A stretch of 64,000 bases of DNA, from NCBI GenBank assembly GCA_013696965.1, contig JACCXN010000009.1, positions 6,751-70,750 on the forward strand, in the 5' to 3' direction. How positions within the stretch are numbered: position 1 is the stretch's first letter; every line of letters begins with the position of its first letter. Shown one piece after another: positions 1 to 7,510 of the stretch. The notes beneath the pieces were generated by a model. It worked only from the letters and a program-made list of their open reading frames with translations. It had not been told where the DNA came from and ran no database searches. A program made the translations under genes and the position numbers. Source of the DNA: Bacteroidota bacterium (GTDB lineage: Bacteria > Bacteroidota > Bacteroidia > JACCXN01).

Positions 1-156
1 TTGGGTGTTCTATGGTTTTAAATTAAATAAAAAGCACTCAGTCTTAATTTAGTTTTACTCAGCAGTGAAATTACTTCACTTAACGAAAGCCAAGAGTTAT
101 CCGCATTAGGTTTAAATACATTTGCTCCATAAACAAACAAACTTATAACGGACAAC

Positions 157-789
157 ATGAAAACTCTAAACAACTCAAAAAAAGATTTGAAAAATTCTTT
201 AAACAGAAAAAAGTCATTCAATTTATTTGGAAATAAAATGGCATTAAATTGTTTTGGCAGCTTATTTCTTTTCCTATTAACAGGATTAACAATTACAACA
301 AGTGGTCAAAACAATTCAATTAAATACGGGGCCTCAATAAATAAGACTTTTACAGGCTCTGGAGTTAAAACTTTAATTAGTCCATCAGTATCAGTTCAAA
401 AAGAGCGATTTTCACTTTCTGCCGGACCAAATATAAAAAATGTGAATTTCGATCTGTCTGGAGGCCATTTGGAAGTAAGGTTTCTCCCACCAATAGAAAA
501 TCCGACTGTTTCCCTTTTCTTTCATTATTCTTCAGTGCTAAATGTGCATACAACTATGAATTATTCTTGTGAAGTAGAACGCAAGGTTAATTTAAGTGAA
601 AAACTGGACCAAAGGGTAAATGCCTATGAACATTATGTTGGCTTTGGTATTGAAAATACACTTACAAATGCAATTTTTCTACAAACTTCGATAGGTGTAG
701 GTGCTATTCATACAACCTTTAGTGACGGAAGCAATCTTACCATGGCTACAGTAATGTTTAAATTAGGAATAAACATAAGGAGTTTGTAA
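157..789 (+). CDS. Hypothetical secreted protein. The true start may be the internal Met near 238, which begins a signal-peptide-like stretch MALNCFGSLFLFLLTGLTITTSGQ.
   Basis: Intact 210-aa ORF with hydrophobic N-terminal segment and Ser/Thr/Asn-rich composition; I recognise no motif. The alternating hydrophobic pattern hints at a beta-rich fold. Confidence 0.4.
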   Translation: MKTLNNSKKDLKNSLNRKKSFNLFGNKMALNCFGSLFLFLLTGLTITTSGQNNSIKYGASINKTFTGSGVKTLISPSVSVQKERFSLSAGPNIKNVNFDLSGGHLEVRFLPPIENPTVSLFFHYSSVLNVHTTMNYSCEVERKVNLSEKLDQRVNAYEHYVGFGIENTLTNAIFLQTSIGVGAIHTTFSDGSNLTMATVMFKLGINIRSL

Positions 790-864
790 TAACTAAGCCT
801 GGTATTTATTCTTATTTGTAAAACTACACCCTTTTTATCCTAAATGTTTTTTAAAAATAAATCA

Positions 865-1290
865 ATGGAAAATATAATTGCATCAGAAACTGTAAAGCGA
901 AAATTGTTTTCTTTTTGAACGTATTCATAATAGGAAAAAAGAAGAAAATCTGCTTAATTTGAAACGTATTTTTGATTTGTCACCAGATATAATTTGTATT
1001 GCTGGACCTGATGGCAATTTTAAACTTATAAAATATGGTGGACGAAAACCTTCAAAGTCCTCGTTATGCCAGAAGTTTGCAGGAGGATATTGTGCCTTAT
1101 CCTAATTCTCTAGTGAACATTTTTCCTGATTCATTTATTTACAATAAACCAAAACAAATTGTATCGGGAGACTTTTTTTGATTTGATCAAACAGAAAACA
1201 ATGCTTTTATATCTGTGGGTGACTGTACCGGTCACGGTGTGCCGGGGGCAATGCTATCAGTAATGGGTGTAAATGTTTTCTTTTTAACTA
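865..1290 (+). pseudogene. Decayed PAS-domain SpoIIE/PP2C-type phosphatase gene with frameshifts and an in-frame stop; it is also truncated after the DCTGHGVPGAM motif.
   Basis: Three successive frames read, in order: MENIIASETVKRKLFSF(stop); then (E)ENLLNLKRIFDLSPDIICIAGPDGNFKLIKYGG, which is PAS-like; then RYARSLQEDIVPYPNSLVNIFPDSFIYNKPKQIVSGDFF(stop at 1179-1181)FDQTENNAFISVGDCTGHGVPGAMLSVMGV. The last segment is nearly collinear with the intact paralogs at 30271-31422 (…KYAQTIQEAILPDIDSI…YYNPKDIVSGDFYF…AVDCTGHGVPGALMSV) and 21215-23176. Confidence 0.6.
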
Positions 1291-1436
1291 ATTTTTTTAT
1301 TTTTATATATCTATTATAATTATATTTGAATAAATATCATTTCCAATAGTTGTTGTTTTAGCAATAACAAACCGGATTGCAACAGTGAGTTGTAAAAATT
1401 TTTACTTCTAAAAATACAACAAAAATTAGTTCAGCT

Positions 1437-2138
1437 ATGACCTGTGTAATTCTTGAAGATGATTCAATGGCAAGAAAACTGTTGGAACAAATGGTAAATG
1501 ACACTGAATCCCTGGAATTAATTAAATCTTTTTCTTCATCTGTTGAATGTTATAAATTTTTAATGGTCAATAAGGTTGATTTGATTTTTTTAGATGTAGA
1601 AATGCCGGAAATGTCTGGATTGGAAATGATATCCAATCTTCCAACTGAACCGCTTGTTATATTTACAACAGGGAATAAAGATTATGCCATAAACAGCTTT
1701 GATCATAGGGTTGTGGATTATTTGGTGAAACCATTTAGTTATGTAAGAATTCTTAAAGCTGTTATGAAAGCAGAGGGTATATTAAACACCGGTACTGCTT
1801 CTGTTACTATTGAAAAAAATGAAAAAGATGCAAATCACTTGTTTATCAAACAAGCTGGCCAATATATAAAACTTCCTTTTTCAGATATTTTATATATTGA
1901 AGCTTTGGGCGATTACATTAACATTCATGTACAGGAAAAGAAATACATAATACATGAAACCATGAAAAGTTTTCTTGGCAGGCTTCCTCAAAATTTTCTC
2001 CGGGTTCACCGTTCATTTGTAGTAAATACAAATTTAATAACATCCATTGAGGACAATACAATTTATATTCAAAAAAAGGCAATACCAGTAGGCGTTTCTT
2101 ATAGGGAAAGTGTATACAAGAGTTTGAAATTAAGTTGA
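1437..2138 (+). CDS. LytTR-family two-component response regulator: CheY-like receiver plus LytTR DNA-binding domain.
   Basis: N-terminal receiver signature (…LIFLDVEMPEMSGLEM…VIFTTGNKDYAINSF…YLVKPF) and C-terminal LytTR signature (FIKQAGQYIKLPFSDILYIEALGDYINIHV…FLRVHRSFVVN). No kinase gene is adjacent. Confidence 0.85.
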   Translation: MTCVILEDDSMARKLLEQMVNDTESLELIKSFSSSVECYKFLMVNKVDLIFLDVEMPEMSGLEMISNLPTEPLVIFTTGNKDYAINSFDHRVVDYLVKPFSYVRILKAVMKAEGILNTGTASVTIEKNEKDANHLFIKQAGQYIKLPFSDILYIEALGDYINIHVQEKKYIIHETMKSFLGRLPQNFLRVHRSFVVNTNLITSIEDNTIYIQKKAIPVGVSYRESVYKSLKLS

Positions 2139-2289
2139 TTTAAACGCCTTTGTCCTGCAGGATTTTTTTTCGCATGATTACTATGAACGCCATGCTTTGA
2201 AATCTTTTCTTATCTCTTCTATTGTTGGGGGATTTGAGTGTGGAGATAAAAAGTTAGGTATTTGCCCTGGAAAGCCTTTTTTTTGTAAT

Positions 2290-2529
2290 CTAATTTTCTG
2301 CTTTTGTTAATTTTATTGATGCAGATTTTTTTCTGTGTATCAATATGTAAATTAGTGGTAAAATACCTGCAGTATTAATAAGGGCAATACAAATAAACCA
2401 GGCAATATGATTGTTTCGCGCAGCTTTCCACATTGCTATTAATTTCCAAATGACTTCCCAAATAATTAGAATAATTATAAGTGGCATAAACCCTTCAAAT
2501 ACTTCCATGAAATAGTGTTTCTTGTCCAT
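2290..2529 (-). CDS. Small two-TM membrane protein with a PLDc_N-like (phospholipase-D N-terminal) motif.
   Basis: 79-aa ORF with two hydrophobic helices and a W…W…P…G…Y pattern (WFICIALINTAGILPLIYILI) reminiscent of Pfam PLDc_N; the assignment is from memory only. Confidence 0.35.
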   Translation of the reverse strand: MDKKHYFMEVFEGFMPLIIILIIWEVIWKLIAMWKAARNNHIAWFICIALINTAGILPLIYILIHRKKSASIKLTKAEN

Positions 2530-2673
2530 TTATTTTAAGTTTTTATTTTTAATTTCTATTGTTTAGTTTTTTCAATTTTTGGGGTAATTAAACCCTATAA
2601 ACAAATATAATGTTTAATTAAACAAAATAGGATTTTTATTAGATGGAAAAAGTATATGTATTTGAAAGCATAA

Positions 2674-2815
2674 AAGCGCAATGCCTTAATTTTTATGCTG
2701 CACTTGCCCATTGTTAGTGCAGGATCAGCTCAAACCATTTGTGCAGGAGATGCAATTACACTTTCTGGTTCAGGAGCAGTATCCTACAATTGGAATAATG
2801 GAGTAACCGATATGA
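2674..2815 (+). pseudogene. About 45-codon remnant of an adhesin-like gene (SprB/Ig-like repeat motif), cut off by repeat copy A.
   Basis: It translates to …SAGSAQTICAGDAITLSGSGAVSYNWNNGVTD. The C-x-G-D-x-x-T-L-x-x-S-G-A-x-x-Y-x-W pattern is typical of repeated modules in large Bacteroidota surface adhesins. The frame opens right after a stop at 2671-2673, and the protein-like signal ends where the repeat begins. Confidence 0.25.
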
Positions 2816-2817
2816 TT

Positions 2818-2905
2818 TGCTTTTTAACTGTCAGCCCGATTTATCGGGATAGCCCTGTTATATTCATTAGCGTTTGTGAATGGTTCGTGCATGGCTATTT
2901 CTATT
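2818..2905. repeat. Copy A of a REP/MITE-like intergenic repeat. It has the palindrome CCCGAT-TT-ATCGGG (2835-2848) and the core ATAGCC(C/A)TGTTATATTCATTAGCGTTTGTGAA(T/C)(G/A)GTTCGTGCATGGCTATTTC (2849-2901).
   Basis: The core matches 4172-4224 and 4261-4313 with 2-3 mismatches, compared by eye. The core ends ATAGCCATG…CATGGCTAT form a 9-bp terminal inverted repeat. This copy lies immediately 3' of the oxidase gene stop. Confidence 0.7.
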
Positions 2906-2907
2906 TT

Positions 2908-4128
2908 TTATCTCCCAATTATTATTTTTTTATTCAAATTATCATTCCCAATAAGAATGTTTAAATAATAGATTCCCGGGTTTAAATCACCGACTTCTAA
3001 TATAAGACTTTCATGAGTTTTTTCAGAATTTCCTGATTTAACAACTTGACCAAGAGCATTTATTAAAGTAAAATTAATTTTATCCTTATCCTTATTTTTG
3101 AAGGAAATTTCCAAATAATTATCCGTGGGGTTTGGAAATACATGAACAGGGTTATCTAAAGTATTTTCATTTAATCCAACATAACCATTAATGGCAACAG
3201 GAACATATTGCACATTCCAAACTGAATCAGTATTCATATTTAAATATTTAACAATGACATTTCCAGTAAATTGACCAGAAGCATTAAGCATAACTTCAAA
3301 ACGTTCACCTGGCATTATCTCCAGGGTATCACTTTGAATTGCATTAGGCATTGGCCTTCCATCTGAGGAAAGTATTGTAGCATTCAGTATTGAAGGAAAA
3401 ATAATTCGGTTATTAAAATAGCCAATGTTCGCAAGCCGCATATAAATTTTTTCACCCTGGGTTCCTGTTATTTTAATGGAATCATCCTGAGCTATTTGTT
3501 GTTCAGATTTACCATTAATAAGAAAATAATCAGGCAAATAAGCAGGTACAAGTATCATATCGCTCACGGTATCATGTTGAGGAGGATTTAAATGCCATTG
3601 CGAGTCAATTTCTGTCATTAACCATTTATAATCTTTATCAAATGATGGCCCACCTGTCCATGCCGATTTAACTCCATTGGCAGCACGAACCACTATTAAT
3701 CCATACATTCCCATTTGTAAATGCACCACATCTCCAACATGACAATGATAAATATAGGTGCCTGGATAATCAGCAACAAAAGTGTATGTAGTGTCCTGCA
3801 TGTGGCTAAGCCAGAATGAAGTAGCAGGGTCTCCATCATTGCGCGTATCCACATCCAATCCATGTAAATGAACGGTATGATGCTCTCCCTGTGATACATT
3901 TCGGGCAGTAATAATTACAGTATCTCCTTGTTCTGCATAAAGTATTTTTGCAGGCAAAGTGGGTGGGGTTGATAAAGTAGAGGAAAAACCCCAAATTGCA
4001 ACACTATTCCCGTCCCACATGCTTGCTGAACCGGTATTGCTACGCAGTATAACGGTATATTTAATTGTTTTTTGTGCCATTAACTGGAAAGAAGCTAAAA
4101 AAACAATCAGGGTAATTCTATATTTCAT
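2908..4128 (-). CDS. Secreted multicopper oxidase with a T9SS type A C-terminal sorting domain.
   Basis: Signal peptide MKYRITLIVFLASFQLMAQ. Copper-site motifs HHTVHLHGLD and YIYHCHVGDVVHLQMGMYGLIV (HCH…M). C-terminal …NYLEISFKN…INFTLINALGQVV…LNPGIYYLNI…KKIIIGR matches the Por_Secre_tail type. The six-frame ORF runs on to 4215, but that extension is just the upstream repeat translated. Confidence 0.8.
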   Translation of the reverse strand: MKYRITLIVFLASFQLMAQKTIKYTVILRSNTGSASMWDGNSVAIWGFSSTLSTPPTLPAKILYAEQGDTVIITARNVSQGEHHTVHLHGLDVDTRNDGDPATSFWLSHMQDTTYTFVADYPGTYIYHCHVGDVVHLQMGMYGLIVVRAANGVKSAWTGGPSFDKDYKWLMTEIDSQWHLNPPQHDTVSDMILVPAYLPDYFLINGKSEQQIAQDDSIKITGTQGEKIYMRLANIGYFNNRIIFPSILNATILSSDGRPMPNAIQSDTLEIMPGERFEVMLNASGQFTGNVIVKYLNMNTDSVWNVQYVPVAINGYVGLNENTLDNPVHVFPNPTDNYLEISFKNKDKDKINFTLINALGQVVKSGNSEKTHESLILEVGDLNPGIYYLNILIGNDNLNKKIIIGR

Positions 4129-4224
4129 ATGTAGATAATTTGTTTTTTTAAGGTCATCCCGATTTATCGGGATAGCCATGTTATATTCATTAGCGTTTGT
4201 GAACGGTTCGTGCATGGCTATTTC
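4128..4224. repeat. Copy B, a full 97-bp unit: a promoter-proximal segment ATGTAGATAATTTGTTTTTTTAAGGTCAT, then the CCCGATTTATCGGG palindrome, then the core with a perfect 9-bp terminal inverted repeat.
   Basis: It is directly repeated in tandem with copy C. It contains a -7-like TAtAATTTG element and overlaps the oxidase start codon at 4126-4128. Confidence 0.7.
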
Positions 4225-4313
4225 ATATGTATATAATTTGTTTTTTTAAGGTCATATGGTATAGCCCTGTTATATTCATTAGCGTTTGTGAACAGTTCGT
4301 GCATGGCTATTTC
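4225..4313. repeat. Copy C, a tandem duplicate of copy B (89 bp) in which the CCCGATTTATCGGG palindrome is replaced by ATGGT.
   Basis: ATATGTATATAATTTGTTTTTTTAAGGTCAT followed by ATAGCCCTGTTATATTCATTAGCGTTTGTGAACAGTTCGTGCATGGCTATTTC. Confidence 0.7.
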
Positions 4314-4445
4314 ATAATTTATTCGTTTTTTAATTATGCTCCAGGGAACTCATGAATGCTAAAGCATTTGTCTTTTAATTTTCATCCCCATATTCTGTAC
4401 GCCTGTTAACTTCATCGGTCTGTGTGCGGGATTGCGTAGGGTTTT

Positions 4446-5312
4446 TCATTGTTCTACTTTCATAATTAAAAACATTCCATTTGGATGAATCCCTCCTCCT
4501 GAAACTGCTACTAAATTATGATCATGCACGCTGTATTCTCCAATTTTATCGGGAACCAGTTCCAGAACCATTGCATCCATCCTCCTAAAAGGAAAAGTAT
4601 CTTTAGACCATCCTATTTGGTGATTCTGATTGGAATAAATGATGTTGCAATGAAAACCATGGAAATGTAAAGAATGGGCTGCCTGGCCTGTATTGGCTAT
4701 AAAAATATGAATTGTATCTCCTACATTACATTTTACCCTTGCGGTTGTATCGTTTTGCAAATCGGGAAAACTCTTACCATTAATAGTAAAATAATCAGGA
4801 TTGTACTGAGTCCAATCCACTGTATTGTTTTCAGAAATCAGGGTGTTAAATTCTGATTGAAAATCTTTTAAATTCCAGTAGTATTTTTTGGAAGTTGAAT
4901 TGTTTACACAAATCATTCCACCCGCTCCCATGTTTTTGTAATTGGGATATTGATATTCATCATAATAAATGTAAAGCCCTTGAGCAGCAAAAGTTAGAGT
5001 ATCAGTTATGGAATCTGCAGGACTAATTGTGGCATTAACACCTGAAAAGCCTTTAATATTAAAACCATGAATAATTGTGTCGTTGTTTATTATTTTAATT
5101 ACAAGTGTATCGCTGGTTGTACAGCTTATCACTGTATTTAATGAAACAAATGAACCTGTTTCATTAAATACAAAGCAAGGAAAAGTTGTGTTATTTACAG
5201 TTGTAAAAGTTCCTGAATTAATAAACAGTGTCTGATTTTTTATCGCAGCACTACTGTTAATTACAAACAGCAATGGCAAACAAGTCAAAAATAATTTTAT
5301 ACTTAATTGCAT
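4446..5312 (-). CDS. Secreted cupredoxin / multicopper-oxidase-domain protein; it is shorter than a full three-domain oxidase.
   Basis: Signal peptide MQLSIKLFLTCLPLLFVINSSAA. Copper-ligand-like motifs HSLHFHGFH and HDHNLVAVSGGGIHPNGMFLIM. Its loose paralogy to the 2908-4128 protein is visible in the NPDYFTINGKSFP versus PDYFLINGKSEQ stretch. Confidence 0.6.
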   Translation of the reverse strand: MQLSIKLFLTCLPLLFVINSSAAIKNQTLFINSGTFTTVNNTTFPCFVFNETGSFVSLNTVISCTTSDTLVIKIINNDTIIHGFNIKGFSGVNATISPADSITDTLTFAAQGLYIYYDEYQYPNYKNMGAGGMICVNNSTSKKYYWNLKDFQSEFNTLISENNTVDWTQYNPDYFTINGKSFPDLQNDTTARVKCNVGDTIHIFIANTGQAAHSLHFHGFHCNIIYSNQNHQIGWSKDTFPFRRMDAMVLELVPDKIGEYSVHDHNLVAVSGGGIHPNGMFLIMKVEQ

Positions 5313-5412
5313 CTTTTTCGTTTAATTGTAAATATATTGTAAATTTATTTAGCAGAGACTTTTCAAATTTGATTTTTTTAACTGCCTTGATGTAATTATA
5401 GTAAAACAAAGA

Positions 5413-5889
5413 ATGGAAACCGCAACCGATCCTAAAAAAAAAGAATTAAAAAAGCAGCTTAAATCACATTGCATTTACCTTTTAGAGCAAAGAATAACAA
5501 CCGCAAGAAAAGCCATGGAAATGGCCCAGGAATCGGCAAACAGTGAGGAAAAAAGCTCAGCTGGAGATAAGCATGAAACTGCCAGGGCTTCAAGCCAACT
5601 GGAACGGGATATGAATGCAAGACAACTTGACCAGGCAAAAAAGGAACTGGAACTTGCAAAAAAAATAGATGTCGAAAAGATTCATTCCTCTGCTTCAATT
5701 GGATCAGTTATAGTTACTTCTGAATTTTGGTTTTTTATTTCTATTGGATTAGGAGGAGTAACAATTGACGGAAAAAAAATTCTTTTCTTGTCTCCTAATG
5801 CCCCAGTTGCTGGATTATTGAATCAGAAAAAAACAGGAGAATCATTTATTTTTAATGGAAAAATTACTCAAATAAAAGAGGTTTTCTAA
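5413..5889 (+). CDS. GreA/GreB C-terminal-domain family protein: a coiled-coil N-terminus plus an FKBP-like Gre C-domain.
   Basis: The C-terminal …SIGSVIV…SPNAPVAGLLNQKKTGESFIFNGKITQIKEV resembles the GreA C-domain (…SxxSPLGKALLGKKVGDxVEV…YxIxxI). The N-terminus is charged and coiled-coil-like. The start may instead be the internal Met at MEMAQE. Confidence 0.5.
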   Translation: METATDPKKKELKKQLKSHCIYLLEQRITTARKAMEMAQESANSEEKSSAGDKHETARASSQLERDMNARQLDQAKKELELAKKIDVEKIHSSASIGSVIVTSEFWFFISIGLGGVTIDGKKILFLSPNAPVAGLLNQKKTGESFIFNGKITQIKEVF

Positions 5890-6041
5890 ATTTAAGCATT
5901 TCCTGAAATTTTCTATATTCCTTTCACTCGTTTTCTATTTTAAATGCTGAACTATTTATATTGGTGCAAATGATTCTGAAATAGAATAACTTATAAATGT
6001 TTAAATTTGCAACAATGAAAAATGCCATGCGTTTCTGATTT

Positions 6042-6485
6042 ATGTATCAATTTCTATCTTTATTTTTGCTAGTCCCTGTTTTTGCAATTAGCCAGGGAAA
6101 TTATGCAGGAACCTATTCAGGTCAAAATTTTGAAAAAGATTCACAGTTAAAGATCATATCTCAGGTGAATCACAAACTTATTCTAGAAAAAGATTCCAGT
6201 TTTACTTATTCCAAAATCAACAGCACCAATCATTGCAATTCTATTTATGCAGGATATTGGGAAACAAAAAACAGGGAAATTGTATTAAATTTTATTGACG
6301 AGGATCCTCAATTTTTATTCGTTAACGAAAAGGCGGGCTTTTGCACTTTAGAAAGCAGGTCTGAGCAGCTTTCACTTACTAAACAAGGGCATAGGCTCTA
6401 TGAATCTGAAAAAACAACAACAAAAGCAAATAATTTAAAAAAGAAGAGCAAAGAGCCGCCATGCCCAACGTTTAAAAAAAGATAA
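6042..6485 (+). CDS. Hypothetical small secreted protein.
   Basis: Signal peptide MYQFLSLFLLVPVFAISQ; Lys-rich C-terminus; no motif recognised. Confidence 0.4.
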   Translation: MYQFLSLFLLVPVFAISQGNYAGTYSGQNFEKDSQLKIISQVNHKLILEKDSSFTYSKINSTNHCNSIYAGYWETKNREIVLNFIDEDPQFLFVNEKAGFCTLESRSEQLSLTKQGHRLYESEKTTTKANNLKKKSKEPPCPTFKKR

Positions 6486-6523
6486 GATGAAAGCAATAGC
6501 ATTGTTATGAATATTAGGCTAAA

Positions 6524-7510
6524 ATGAATAAATCAAAACCTCTTTTTATTTTTTACCTGCTGGTAGGCTATGTATGCCTTCAGTTTATTTGGTGGGCCTT
6601 TATGTTGTTTGAATTAAACAATGAACTTTCTCAAAAGAAAGCTGAGTTATTGGTATCAAAACAAGAACAAGGAATCATTCAAAATGAAACACTTCCTGAA
6701 CTAAAAGGAAAACTGCATAAAAAATGGTTGATGATAGCCGGAGAAGGAACGGTTTTTTTAATTCTTCTTATAGTAGGAATAGCTAAAACTCATAGCACAT
6801 TTAAAAAAGAAATTGCTCTTTCGGACCAACAGAAAAACTTTCTGCTATCAATAACACATGAACTAAAATCACCACTTGCCTCAAACAAATTGCATCTGCA
6901 AACTCTTTTAAAACATGAGCTCGCAAGGGAAAAACAACAAGCATTATTACTTTCTGCCCTTAATGATACAGAGAGATTAATTAGTCTTGCGGATAATTTA
7001 TTAATGGCTGCAAAAATTGATTCCAATACATTTGATTTACTTCTAGAGTCTACAGATTTAGCCAAACTTATTGAAAATACAATTTCCAATGCCGAACATT
7101 TGAAAAAAAACAAGCATACGATTAAATTAGATCTTCAGGCTGAAATATTTTTTCCTGTTGACAGGCTGACTTTCCCTTCTATTTTATTAAATTTATATGA
7201 AAATGCTGTTAAATATTCACCCAATGAAACTGAAATACATATTTCTCTGAATAAAAAAAACAGGCAAATATTTATAAACGTATCCGATGAGGGAAGCGGA
7301 ATTCCTGAACTGGAAAGAGACAGGGTTTTTCAAAAATTTTACCGTATAGGAAATGAAGAAACAAGGAAAACAAAAGGTACTGGGCTAGGTTTATTCATAG
7401 TTAAGAATCTGGTGGAAAAACACAATGGAGTTATACATGTTAAAAACAACAATCCTAAAGGCAGTACAATTGAGATATGTTTTGACAACAATATAGAACA
7501 ACGTACATGA
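6524..7510 (+). CDS. Membrane sensor histidine kinase (HisKA plus HATPase_c) with two TM helices and a short periplasmic loop.
   Basis: H-box LSITHELKSPLAS; N/G boxes …NLYENAVKYSP…VSDEGSGIPE…GTGLGLFIVKNLVEKHNG. The 3' end overlaps the gpmI start by 4 bp (ATGA). Confidence 0.85.
   Translation: MNKSKPLFIFYLLVGYVCLQFIWWAFMLFELNNELSQKKAELLVSKQEQGIIQNETLPELKGKLHKKWLMIAGEGTVFLILLIVGIAKTHSTFKKEIALSDQQKNFLLSITHELKSPLASNKLHLQTLLKHELAREKQQALLLSALNDTERLISLADNLLMAAKIDSNTFDLLLESTDLAKLIENTISNAEHLKKNKHTIKLDLQAEIFFPVDRLTFPSILLNLYENAVKYSPNETEIHISLNKKNRQIFINVSDEGSGIPELERDRVFQKFYRIGNEETRKTKGTGLGLFIVKNLVEKHNGVIHVKNNNPKGSTIEICFDNNIEQRT

Noticed and set aside
18-221. 67-aa minus-strand ORF at the window start
   Set aside because: It overlaps the start of the 157-789 gene, has an Phe/Leu-rich composition with no motif, and is likely spurious.
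2139-2175. Terminator after the LytTR gene (GCCTTTGTCCTGCAGGATTTTTTTTCG)
   Set aside because: A T8 run is present, but the only self-complementarity is the 8-bp CCTGCAGG palindrome with no loop, so it cannot form a credible stem-loop. It is left uncalled.
2695-2964. 89-aa plus-strand ORF in the six-frame track
   Set aside because: Only the first ~40 codons look protein-like, and I have called them a gene remnant (2674-2815). The rest is the repeat element read through, and it overlaps the 3' end of the multicopper oxidase gene on the other strand.
4129-4215. N-terminal extension of the oxidase ORF (MHEPFTNANEYNMAIPINRDDLKKTNYLH…)
   Set aside because: The extension is a translation of repeat copy B. 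A signal peptide (MKYRITLIVFLASFQLMAQ) starts at the Met encoded at 4126-4128, which is the more plausible start.
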